In this document: positions 1-7,525 of the stretch, in pieces
Layout of the letters: each line of letters opens with the position of its first letter
How positions within the stretch are numbered: position 1 is the first letter of the stretch
Position numbers and translations under genes: made by a program
Notes under the pieces: generated by a model
What the model saw: the letters and a program-made list of their open reading frames with translations, nothing else
Database searches by the model: none
What the model was told of the DNA's origin: nothing
NCBI RefSeq assembly: GCF_023336505.1
Contig: NZ_JAMAST010000016.1
Coordinates: forward strand, 5,723-29,722
Length of the DNA: 24,000 nt
Source: Sporolactobacillus mangiferae
GTDB taxonomy: Bacteria; Bacillota; Bacilli; Bacillales; Sporolactobacillaceae
Reading direction: 5' to 3'

Positions 1-660
1 GCACCCATTTTTGTATAGATACTCTAAATCTCTGATGTCCCCTTCTATTAAGAAATCTCCTGTATTTGTTGTAAAGTATAAATAATCTTTTATATCTTGA
101 TGAAAATTTTCTTTAATGACCATTTTCTTCATCCGTATTGTCCTAAAAATTAATGGTCGATAAAGATCCCTATTTTCACTTGATCTTAATCGTTTTTGCA
201 TTATGATATTAAATTCCCGCTCAAAATTCGCCTGATTAAAGAGAACTGGCTTCCCTTCCTTATCTTCTACCAAAATTGGTGACAAAGTAGTCATCCAAAT
301 GCGGCTGCTGCTGATCTGCTTTTCTCTGAGCAATTCAAATTTACTGAGATTCATAGAATACTTCTTGTAGAGATACTCTCTATTTTTTTGACTTCCGTTA
401 AATAAATACATCATTAGCTCATACGATACGCTTGAAATGGTTATGATCATTTGATCAGCAATAATTGTATCATCCTGTACCTTCAGTCTTGGAAAATAGA
501 CTGCAAATGTAAATGGCTTGCACTGCCGTTCTCTTATATGGAACAATTGATGATAGAATGTCTTTGATTCAGAGCGTATACACTCTTTTACAAAAGAAAC
601 TACTCCGAGTCGAAAGGCAAGTGGAAAACCATTTATCGAAAAAGTTAGTCTTGCTCTCAA
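1..660 (-). CDS. cas6: Cas6-family CRISPR endoribonuclease (Cas6b-like); C-terminus cut off by the window edge
   Basis: Absent from the ORF track because it has no stop inside the window. My hand translation of the minus strand, in the frame ending at nt 1, is open for 220 codons from TTG at 660-658. AAGGAGG (669-675) lies 8 nt upstream. The product (M)RARLTFSINGFPLAFRLGVVSFVKECI..KPFTFAVYFPRLKV..GDFLIEGDIRDLEYLYKNGC.. resembles Cas6b proteins from memory: the N-terminal MRxxLxF strand and the xxLxxxYxxG segment that precedes the glycine-rich loop. That loop would lie just beyond nt 1. The match is recalled, not searched. Confidence 0.55.
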   Translation of the reverse strand, partial: MRARLTFSINGFPLAFRLGVVSFVKECIRSESKTFYHQLFHIRERQCKPFTFAVYFPRLKVQDDTIIADQMIITISSVSYELMMYLFNGSQKNREYLYKKYSMNLSKFELLREKQISSSRIWMTTLSPILVEDKEGKPVLFNQANFEREFNIIMQKRLRSSENRDLYRPLIFRTIRMKKMVIKENFHQDIKDYLYFTTNTGDFLIEGDIRDLEYLYKNGC

Positions 661-1234
661 TATTTTTACCTCCTTATATATTTTACTTATTAAAATTAAT
701 ATATGTTTATTATATCCTTGTCATTTTTCTAGTCAACATTTATAGCGAAAGTTTTATCCTTATTTGTATTTTTTTATTTAATCGTGTCGATTTCCATCAT
801 TTACTATTTCAACAAATATAATAAACTTCCTTTTTTTATTACTAAGATTTAGGGTATTAAAAAAAACGCAGAGCCTTAATCATCTCCGCGCTTCTACCCA
901 CTATGTTCAGATAAATTGTTTGTGTATAACTAAAAAATATAGTTTATATCCCACAAATGTTCATATAGATTAATGATACTTGATAATATTAACAAAAATA
1001 TGTCCTTCTACACACCTACTAAAATACCAATCCATTTGAATGATTTTTTTAATGTAGAGGAAATCATTTTCTATTTCTACCTACCGTTCAACTACTTCTC
1101 TTAATATAAACAAAACCCATCCGCCTCGAATCTTCTTGTGAGATGAATGGTAGATTTTTTCTTCAAACTTTATACTTTTTTCAAATTGTATTTTTCCCCA
1201 TTGTCATTACCTAAATCTCAGAAAGATATTAGCC

Positions 1235-2548
1235 TTACTCCTCCTCCAACTCTGCCTCAATGTACGAACTTTTCGATGATTCCTGCATGCGCCAGTATAC
1301 GAGCAGGCTGATGAAGATGCAGGCGGCAACGTAGAAGAAAAACAGTGTTTCGATGCCGATGCTTTTGAACCAAAGGGCGACGAATTCGGCCGTGCCGCCA
1401 AAGATGGCAACGGTCAGGCCATAGGGCAGGCCGACGCCGAGCGCGCGAATTTCGGTTGGAAAGAGTTCGGCTTTGACGATTGCGTTGATTGACGTGTAGC
1501 CAGTGACAATGAGCAGACCGAGCATCATGAGCAGGAAAGCTGCGGTCACACTGTGCGCGCTTTGCATGAGCATGAACAGCGGTACGGTTACGATGGTGCC
1601 GCCGATACCAAAGACATACAGCAACGGTTTGCGCCCGATATGGTCTGAAAGAAGACCGGCGAGCGGCTGCAGGATCAGGAAGATCAGCAGGGCAACGAAA
1701 TTGATGATGCTGACGACTTCTTTATCGAGGCCGACTGAATTGATCATGAATTTCTGCAGATAGGTTGTGTACGTATAGAAAGCGACCGTTCCGCCAAGCG
1801 TCAGGCCAACGACCGTCAGGACTGCACGCGGATACTTCAGCAATGCTTTGAGCGTACCGGCATCCTTTTTCGTTTTTCCGGACATGTTTTTAAACTGCTC
1901 AGATTCGTCCATGGTCAGCCGAAGCCAGAGCACGATCAGGGCGCCGAATGCACCGATAACGAATGGAATGCGCCAGCCCCACGTTTGCAGCTGCGCCTCG
2001 TTAAGTATGAGTTGCAAAATGATTTGCACGCCGAGCGCGACAAGCTGGCCACCGACCAGTGTCACATACTGAAAGCTGGAGTAGAAACCGCGCCGCCCTC
2101 TATTGGCCATTTCAGAAAGGTAGGTAGCGGATGTCCCGTATTCGCCCCCGAGCGACAGCCCTTGAAAAAGTCGTGCCAGGACTAGAATAATCGGTGCGAA
2201 AACGCCGATGGTCTGATAGTTCGGCGTGACCGCAATGACGAGCGAGCCACTGGCCATGATGGTGATGGACAGCGTCAGGGCGGCGCGGCGGCCGTGACGG
2301 TCGGCATAGCGGCCCATGATCAGACTGCCGATCGGGCGCATCAGGAATCCAATGGCAAAGATGGCGGCCGTATTCAGCAACTGTGATGTTGTGTCACCTG
2401 CCGGAAAAAAGTCGGTTGAGAAATAGACTGCAAAGGCAGCGTATGCATACCAGTCATACCATTCAATCATATTTCCCAGGGAACCTTTGAGTATATTGCT
2501 GGCAATATGACGTGATTGAGCGCGTTCAGCGAATTTTGCTTCAGCCAC
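1235..2548 (-). CDS. MFS transporter, metabolite:H+ symporter (MHS) family, KgtP/ProP-like dicarboxylate permease
   Basis: 437-aa ORF with a GTG start and AAGGAG 8 nt upstream. The N-terminal half (GNMIEWYDWYAYAAF..GFLMRPIGSLIMGRYADRHGRR..LARLFQGLSLGGEYGTSATYLSEMA..GFYSSFQYVTLVGGQL) closely parallels E. coli KgtP as I recall it. About 12 hydrophobic segments. Confidence 0.85.
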   Translation of the reverse strand: MAEAKFAERAQSRHIASNILKGSLGNMIEWYDWYAYAAFAVYFSTDFFPAGDTTSQLLNTAAIFAIGFLMRPIGSLIMGRYADRHGRRAALTLSITIMASGSLVIAVTPNYQTIGVFAPIILVLARLFQGLSLGGEYGTSATYLSEMANRGRRGFYSSFQYVTLVGGQLVALGVQIILQLILNEAQLQTWGWRIPFVIGAFGALIVLWLRLTMDESEQFKNMSGKTKKDAGTLKALLKYPRAVLTVVGLTLGGTVAFYTYTTYLQKFMINSVGLDKEVVSIINFVALLIFLILQPLAGLLSDHIGRKPLLYVFGIGGTIVTVPLFMLMQSAHSVTAAFLLMMLGLLIVTGYTSINAIVKAELFPTEIRALGVGLPYGLTVAIFGGTAEFVALWFKSIGIETLFFFYVAACIFISLLVYWRMQESSKSSYIEAELEEE

Positions 2549-2628
2549 TTAAACATCTCCTTTTTTGAATAGTCGCAGATCAGAATCATTTAAGAATCAT
2601 CGGATAAATGAAAAAATATCCGTTCGAA

Positions 2629-2649
2629 TTAGTTAACCTTATTAACTAA
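2629..2649. promoter_or_regulatory. Perfect inverted repeat TTAGTTAA-N5-TTAACTAA upstream of the MHS transporter gene (candidate operator)
   Basis: Read directly from the sequence: ttagttaa cctta ttaactaa, about 80 nt upstream of the GTG start at 2548. No regulator is assigned. Confidence 0.3.
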
Positions 2650-2951
2650 TGTACATGATTGTTCATATCCAGGTAAAATGATCTGCCTGATCCTCACAGA
2701 AACATCAAAGTAAAACCGCCTGACATTTCTTGAGCGGTCATACACAAGACCGGCAAATTATTCATTTTTGTTATCACAATAATAACATATAGATCATCAT
2801 TAGGCATCTATTTCACTCGTATTGGTAAAAATTTATTCATATTTTTTAACCTTTTTTTAAATATTTTTTATTTATTCGTCCGTAAAAATGAATCAGGTTT
2901 TGACATCTCATGTATCTACCACTACTGCCCGAATAATTGGCTTCAGGGTAT

Positions 2952-2974
2952 AAGAAAACCGGGCACAGCCCGGT
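2952..2974 (-). terminator. Rho-independent terminator-like hairpin with no annotated gene upstream of it (orphan)
   Basis: Minus strand reads ACCGGG-ctgtg-CCCGGT followed by TTTTCTT. It sits immediately downstream, in the minus sense, of the 43-bp tandem repeat. The PLP gene further upstream already has its own terminator at 3440-3472. Confidence 0.45.
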
Positions 2975-2985
2975 CCTTACTTCCG

Positions 2986-3195
2986 CAGGATGCGATGGCT
3001 TCCGCGTTGTGCACAGGGTGTACTGTCACAGGATGTGATGGCTTCCGCGTTGCATACAGGACGTACTGTCACAGGATGTGATGGCTTTCGCGTTGCATAC
3101 AGGACGTACTGTCACAGGATGTGATGGCTTCCGCGTTGCATACAGGACGTACTGTCACAGGATGCGGTGGCTTTCGCGTTGCATACAGGACGTAT
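2986..3195. repeat. Non-coding tandem repeat, 43-bp unit, about 4.9 copies
   Basis: Copies at 2986-3028, 3029-3071, 3072-3114, 3115-3157 and 3158-3194 (partial). The unit is caggatgtgatggcttccgcgttgcatacaggacgtactgtca. Copies 2 and 4 are identical. Copy 3 differs by one C>T (ggctttcgcg). Copies 1 and 5 are more diverged. 43 is not a multiple of 3 and no ORF spans the region. Confidence 0.95.
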
Positions 3196-3203
3196 GCGCC
3201 CTT

Positions 3204-3352
3204 AGCGAAAGTTCCTTATAGTTATTGAAATGCCCTTACATTAGTGGAAGTTTCTTTTCAACCAGCGAAAGTTCCTTATAGTTATTGAAAGTTCGCTTGC
3301 AACAGCGGAAGTGCTTTATTGAGGGTTCCTTTGTAGCCCTCGAAATTTCCTT
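3204..3352 (+). repeat. Two perfect 27-bp direct repeats (3204-3230, 3264-3290) separated by 33 bp, plus degenerate copies; a CRISPR-like mini-array or an iteron-like site cluster
   Basis: AGCGAAAGTTCCTTATAGTTATTGAAA occurs twice with a 60-bp period. A degenerate third copy (GTTCCTTtgTAGccctcGAAA) ends at 3345. A 14-nt submotif AGYGRAAGTKYCTT also occurs at 3243, 3304 and 3339, including inside the apparent spacers. Confidence 0.8.
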
Positions 3353-3439
3353 CGTCAATCATGAGTTTTGATCCATTCCTTTTTGATTGCATCATCACTG
3401 TGCTTGCCGCTGAGGCACCGCTCATACCTCTTAAAGTGC

Positions 3440-3472
3440 AAAAAAAACAGGCATCCGAAACCGGATTCCTGA
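3440..3472 (-). terminator. Rho-independent terminator of the PLP-enzyme gene
   Basis: Minus strand reads AGGAATCCGG-ttt-CGGATGCCT (one mismatch) followed by GTTTTTTTT, 14 nt after the stop at 3486. Confidence 0.7.
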
Positions 3473-3485
3473 GTTATCATCAATT

Positions 3486-4670
3486 TTACAGACCGACTTG
3501 TTGAAACGCCTGCTTCAGATCAGTGATCAGGTCATGGGCACTCTCGAGTCCGACGCTGAAGCGCAGGAATCCGTTCTTCTGAAATTCTTCCGGGTAAAAA
3601 TGAATCCTTTCGTCGTCCGGGCCAGTGTAGACAATCAGGCTCTCGTCATGACCGATTGAGACCGCAGAAATAATGAGTTTAAGCGCATTGACGAAGTCGT
3701 TATGCTGCTGGACTCCACCATTAATGCCGAATGAGAGCACACCGGAATACAGGCCGTGCATCTGTTTTCTGGCAATTGCGTGCTGCGGATGGCTTTCAAG
3801 GCCTGGATAGGCGACAAAGGTAACACCAGGATACGCCTCCAGAAATTGCGCCACCTTGAGTGCGGTTTCGCTGTGCTGCTTCATGCGCAGCGGCAGTGTC
3901 ACGACTCCGCGCATGATGAGCCAGGCATTGAACGGACTGATTGCGCCGCCGATATTGACCATCGCTTCACGCTTGATCTTATCGATCAGTTCGCGCCTGC
4001 CGATCACTGCGCCGCCCATCGCGTCACCGTGACCGTTAATATACTTGGTCAGGCTGTGCACAACAAGATCAGCACCAAGTTCAAGCGGTCGCTGAATGCA
4101 GGGCGAAGCAAAGGTGCTGTCAACGGACACAAGAATACCGTGCTCATGTGCCAGATCGGAAATCGCAGCGATGTCGCTGACACGGGTCGTTGGGTTCCCC
4201 GGCGTTTCCAGATGAATCAGTTTTGTATTCGGACGGATCGCCTTCCGAACCTCCTCTGGATCCGAAGTATCGACCAGCGTCACCTCAACCCCGTATTTCT
4301 CCGGAAAATATTCATGCAGTAGCCGGTAAACCGCTATGTACGACACATCAGTGCAGATCACATGCGCATCCTTATCGATAAAACTGAAAAAGACGCCGGC
4401 GAGGGCGGCCACACCAGTTGCAAGTACCACGCAGTCCTCGCCGCCTTCAAGCGATGCCAGACGTTCCTGCAGATAGAGCTGGTTTGCTGATGTCGTTCGC
4501 GTATAAATAATGTTGTTCGGGTCACTCCAGTTAAGCGTTGACGCGTCGTCTGGCAGCCGGTAGCTGTTAGCCATCGTGATCGGCCGGCGGATCGCACCGG
4601 TCTCTTTGTCAATGTCATTGCCGACGTGAACGCAGCGCGTCGAAAAATCACTGTTGCTGAAATCAGCCAT
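3486..4670 (-). CDS. PLP-dependent Cys/Met-metabolism enzyme (cystathionine gamma-synthase / methionine gamma-lyase family)
   Basis: The SLTKYINGHGD motif carries the PLP lysine, and the overall family pattern is present (CVHVG.., LATGVAA.., VDSTFASP). I moved the start to the ATG at 4670 (MADFSNSDF..), which has AAGGGGGGA 6-7 nt upstream. The track start at 4733 has no SD. Confidence 0.85.
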   Translation of the reverse strand: MADFSNSDFSTRCVHVGNDIDKETGAIRRPITMANSYRLPDDASTLNWSDPNNIIYTRTTSANQLYLQERLASLEGGEDCVVLATGVAALAGVFFSFIDKDAHVICTDVSYIAVYRLLHEYFPEKYGVEVTLVDTSDPEEVRKAIRPNTKLIHLETPGNPTTRVSDIAAISDLAHEHGILVSVDSTFASPCIQRPLELGADLVVHSLTKYINGHGDAMGGAVIGRRELIDKIKREAMVNIGGAISPFNAWLIMRGVVTLPLRMKQHSETALKVAQFLEAYPGVTFVAYPGLESHPQHAIARKQMHGLYSGVLSFGINGGVQQHNDFVNALKLIISAVSIGHDESLIVYTGPDDERIHFYPEEFQKNGFLRFSVGLESAHDLITDLKQAFQQVGL

Positions 4671-4902
4671 AAGCCTGTCCCCCCTTATTTTTCCCGATTC
4701 CGCGTCATGCGCAGAATCATCATTGCGATACATTTATCGTAGAGGCCCATTGCAGAGAAGTCAACCATTATTCATAGTATTTAGATGTGATTTTATATTT
4801 TTGTCACACCATATTAATTGCGAAGCCGTCACATCGCCAATGACAAACGATAAATCAGTGACATACAGAAATTAGCGCTGCACAAACCGCAGCTCTTATC
4901 GC

Positions 4903-4950
4903 ACAAAAATAATGCCTGCGGTCAGCTGGAATTCAGTGATCAGGCATTAT
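4903..4950 (-). terminator. Rho-independent terminator after the GT4/six-hairpin gene pair
   Basis: Minus strand reads ATAATGCCTG-(22 nt loop)-CAGGCATTAT followed by TTTTTGTG, 6 nt after the stop at 4956. The large loop lowers confidence. Confidence 0.5.
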
Positions 4951-4955
4951 CTCTG

Positions 4956-6065
4956 TCAGAACTCTTGATTCGCAAAAAAAGCAGTTCGTCCTGATGTATT
5001 CGTATTGATCACACGCCGATAGATCAATTCCGTCATTAAATAGGAAAGGGTTGATTCGGCTCCTTGATTGCGACTGGCACCGCCTGCCTCAAGACCATCG
5101 CGGCAGCCGCCTTCTTCTGCATCGGCCATGCATTCGTGAAGATCATTACCGCCATAGAACCAGGATCTGCATTTTTCTAAAACGGCAAGATATTTTTCAG
5201 GCCTGTTCAGCAGCTGGATCGCCTGCTCGGAAGCGAGCGCCAGCGCCATTACTTCTACCGGCTGCTGTGCCCACTGGCTGCATCGCGCGGCCGTACACCA
5301 GCCGTGGTTGCCGATTGGTCGAATGTTTCCCCTTTCACTGGTCATTTTATCGATCAGGAAATCGAGCGATTCTCCGGCAATCAGCAATGCATCACTGTTT
5401 CCGGTGACTTGAAAGGACCGGAAAAGCGCCCATGGCAGGACACCGTTTCCATAGGTCATCATTGGCTCAAACCATTGCCAGCCCTTCTCCGAATTTGTCT
5501 CAAAAAGAGACAGAAGCCGCGCTTCAGATTCCTCAATCAGCTCCGGTGCCTCTCTTCGAATAAAATCGCAGAATTCAGGCAGCTCAGTCAGATCGTTGCT
5601 GCGATTGAGCATGTGACTGGCAGTGGCCAGTGCATAGGCGATGCCGCGTGGGAAAGTCATTTTGGGCGCCGCTCCGAATGCCTTCTGAAAAAGGAGCGCT
5701 GCCGCGAAACGACTGTCCCGATGCGGCAGATTCAGGCAGGCGCACCCCAGCGCCCAAAGCGAGCGTCCGAGGCAATCGTCCGATGGCAACTCTTCTTCCG
5801 GCGTTCGGTCATAGGCATAGTTATTGTGGAAATGACCGTCCGGCTGCTGCGCGTACTGAAGAAAAGATAAATAGATGTCCGATAATCGGCGCAGCCTGCG
5901 AATGACAGAATCCCGGTCATCAATCTGCTGCCATTCTGAGACAAGCCAGAGTGCCCGGGCATTGTCATCGGTTGTGTATCCTTCACTCCGCCGTGGAATA
6001 TTGCCAAGTGCATGTTCGATCAGCCCTGTATCGTCCGTCATCCGCTCAAGATGCGTCATTTGCAT
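4956..6065 (-). CDS. Cytoplasmic (alpha/alpha)6 six-hairpin glycosidase-like protein of unknown specificity
   Basis: ORF 4956..6080. The ATG at 6065 has GGAG 6 nt upstream and overlaps the end of the upstream GT4 gene by 20 nt. The N-terminus (TDDTGLIEHA..PRRSEGYTTDDNARALWL) and the W/G-rich repeats recall proteins usually found next to, or fused with, GT4 transferases. No signal peptide. Function is inferred only. Confidence 0.6.
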   Translation of the reverse strand: MQMTHLERMTDDTGLIEHALGNIPRRSEGYTTDDNARALWLVSEWQQIDDRDSVIRRLRRLSDIYLSFLQYAQQPDGHFHNNYAYDRTPEEELPSDDCLGRSLWALGCACLNLPHRDSRFAAALLFQKAFGAAPKMTFPRGIAYALATASHMLNRSNDLTELPEFCDFIRREAPELIEESEARLLSLFETNSEKGWQWFEPMMTYGNGVLPWALFRSFQVTGNSDALLIAGESLDFLIDKMTSERGNIRPIGNHGWCTAARCSQWAQQPVEVMALALASEQAIQLLNRPEKYLAVLEKCRSWFYGGNDLHECMADAEEGGCRDGLEAGGASRNQGAESTLSYLMTELIYRRVINTNTSGRTAFFANQEF

Positions 6066-7239
6066 TTTGTACTCCGGCAATCGTATCCACCCCGGTCATC
6101 GTTACTGCTTCTGAAAACAGTTGGCTGTACCTTTTTCCCGCTCTCGGCCAGCTCATTTGTCTGCCAATCTGTGCCATCTTCGCCTGATAGGACGCAAGCA
6201 GGGCATCATCAGAAAGCAAGGCATTCATTTTCCTGATCCATCCGTTCCGATCACTGTAAGAAACAAAAAGTTCCTCATACCCCCTGAGCAAATCCTGTGC
6301 GTAGCGATACGGAGTCGTCAGCACCGGCCGTTCCAGACCAATGGCATACGCAAGCGTTCCACTGGTAATCTGATCGAGCCCGGGGTAAGGCGTAATATAC
6401 AGATCACTGGCCGTGATATAGCTTACAAGATCCTGTTCGGTCATAAAACGGTCGATCATCTGTACATGATTTTCCAGATGATGCGCGCGAATCATCGCCT
6501 GCAGTTCCTTTCGATAAGACTCACCTTCCTGGCGTTTCACATTAGGATGTGTCTGGCCAATAATGACGTAGAGCGCGTTTGGCACCTTTCTGACAACGTC
6601 GGGAAGCGCATGAAGAACGGCTTCAATGCCTTTATTCCGGCTCAGAAATCCGAATGTCATGATTACTTTGCGGTCATGCCAGCCGATCCTGGAGCGAAAA
6701 TCCGTGCGTTTTTTCATATCCGGAACCGGCGTGCCATGCGGGATGAAAGTAATTTTATCTTCAGGTATATGAAAACTGTTCACTAAGTAAGAAACGGCCT
6801 TATGATTCATCACGACCAGTTTGTCGCTGCGTTCGGCCAGTTCGTGCTGAATCGGTGCATACGGTTCCTGAGGCACTTTAAAAACGGTGTGGAAGGTAGT
6901 AACAAGCGGTTTTTTCAGCGTGCGTACAAAATCCAGAATGTACGCACCGGCATAACCTCCGAAAATGCCAAATTCGTGCTGCAGTGAAACAACGGATACG
7001 GAACTCTGATTCAGTGCTTCGGCAATACGGATGTAGTCCTCCCTGCACTCTTTTTCAATTGACCATTTGAAAAACGGGTCATTCGGATACATCGTATCCT
7101 TATCTTTAATGACCACAACTGGATCGGACAGGGAATCGCGCTTGGCTTTCTGCACACTTTGTCTTAGATGGTACGTGTACGTTGCGATCCCGCATTTCTG
7201 GGGAAGATACGTGCTCACATAGGCTACCTGTTCACTCAT
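6046..7239 (-). CDS. Glycosyltransferase family 4 (group 1, GT-B fold)
   Basis: 397 aa. The N-terminus VSTYLPQKCGIATYTYHL is typical of GT4 enzymes, and the C-terminal half carries the usual GT-B donor-binding region (..ITPYPG..QITSGTLAYAIG..PVL). The stop overlaps the downstream gene. Confidence 0.85.
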   Translation of the reverse strand: MSEQVAYVSTYLPQKCGIATYTYHLRQSVQKAKRDSLSDPVVVIKDKDTMYPNDPFFKWSIEKECREDYIRIAEALNQSSVSVVSLQHEFGIFGGYAGAYILDFVRTLKKPLVTTFHTVFKVPQEPYAPIQHELAERSDKLVVMNHKAVSYLVNSFHIPEDKITFIPHGTPVPDMKKRTDFRSRIGWHDRKVIMTFGFLSRNKGIEAVLHALPDVVRKVPNALYVIIGQTHPNVKRQEGESYRKELQAMIRAHHLENHVQMIDRFMTEQDLVSYITASDLYITPYPGLDQITSGTLAYAIGLERPVLTTPYRYAQDLLRGYEELFVSYSDRNGWIRKMNALLSDDALLASYQAKMAQIGRQMSWPRAGKRYSQLFSEAVTMTGVDTIAGVQNANDAS

Positions 7240-7463
7240 ATCGAAAATCGCACTCCTTTAAATTGAAATTCAATAGTGACAGGACACATGAATGAGAATA
7301 GGATTGAGATGAAATTTTGTGGATTAGCACTCACTGTGATCGACTGCTAACAATAGCGTAATCTTTTTTTTCGGAAAATTCAAGTGCCTTTTACCGGTTG
7401 CTGCAAAAGAGACCGAGCCCAGTAGTTTTTGCACACTTTCCCAGAGTGGCATGCGATATATGT

Positions 7464-7497
7464 AAAAAAGGAAGCTCAGTGCCTGTGCTGAGCTTCC
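7464..7497 (-). terminator. Rho-independent terminator of the yrrN-yrrO operon
   Basis: Minus strand reads GGAAGCTCAG-cacaggc-CTGAGCTTCC followed by TTTTTT. The stem is a perfect 10 bp. Confidence 0.9.
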
Positions 7498-7525
7498 TTC
7501 TTCAGTCATCGGTTTTCATTTTCAC

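Noticed and set aside
513-821. 102-aa plus-strand ORF in the AT-rich region
   Set aside because: The sequence is low-complexity and Ile/Leu/Phe/Tyr-rich, as expected from AT-rich DNA, and has no SD. It overlaps the SD-supported start region of the minus-strand cas6-like frame. I treat it as a chance ORF.
2986-3195. 43-bp tandem repeat considered as a CRISPR array
   Set aside because: The units are directly adjacent with no unique spacers, so the structure is a minisatellite-type tandem repeat and not a repeat-spacer array.
4671-4955. Possible S-box (SAM-I) or T-box leader upstream of the Cys/Met PLP gene
   Set aside because: I could not find the conserved S-box core or the T-box 14-mer (AGGGUGGNACCGCG-like) on the minus strand. 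Only a promoter-like element and the upstream operon's terminator are present.
3756-6786. Long antisense ORFs inside the PLP, six-hairpin and GT4 genes (for example 3756..4322 +, 5304..5870 +, 6121..6786 +)
   Set aside because: These are shadow frames opposite well-supported genes. Their products are Arg/Cys/His-rich and non-protein-like, with no SD sites. The same applies to 8240..8605 +, 9155..9667 +, 11424..11933 +, 12824..13303 -, 13596..14000 -, 17943..18293 -, 20484..21123 + and similar ORFs.
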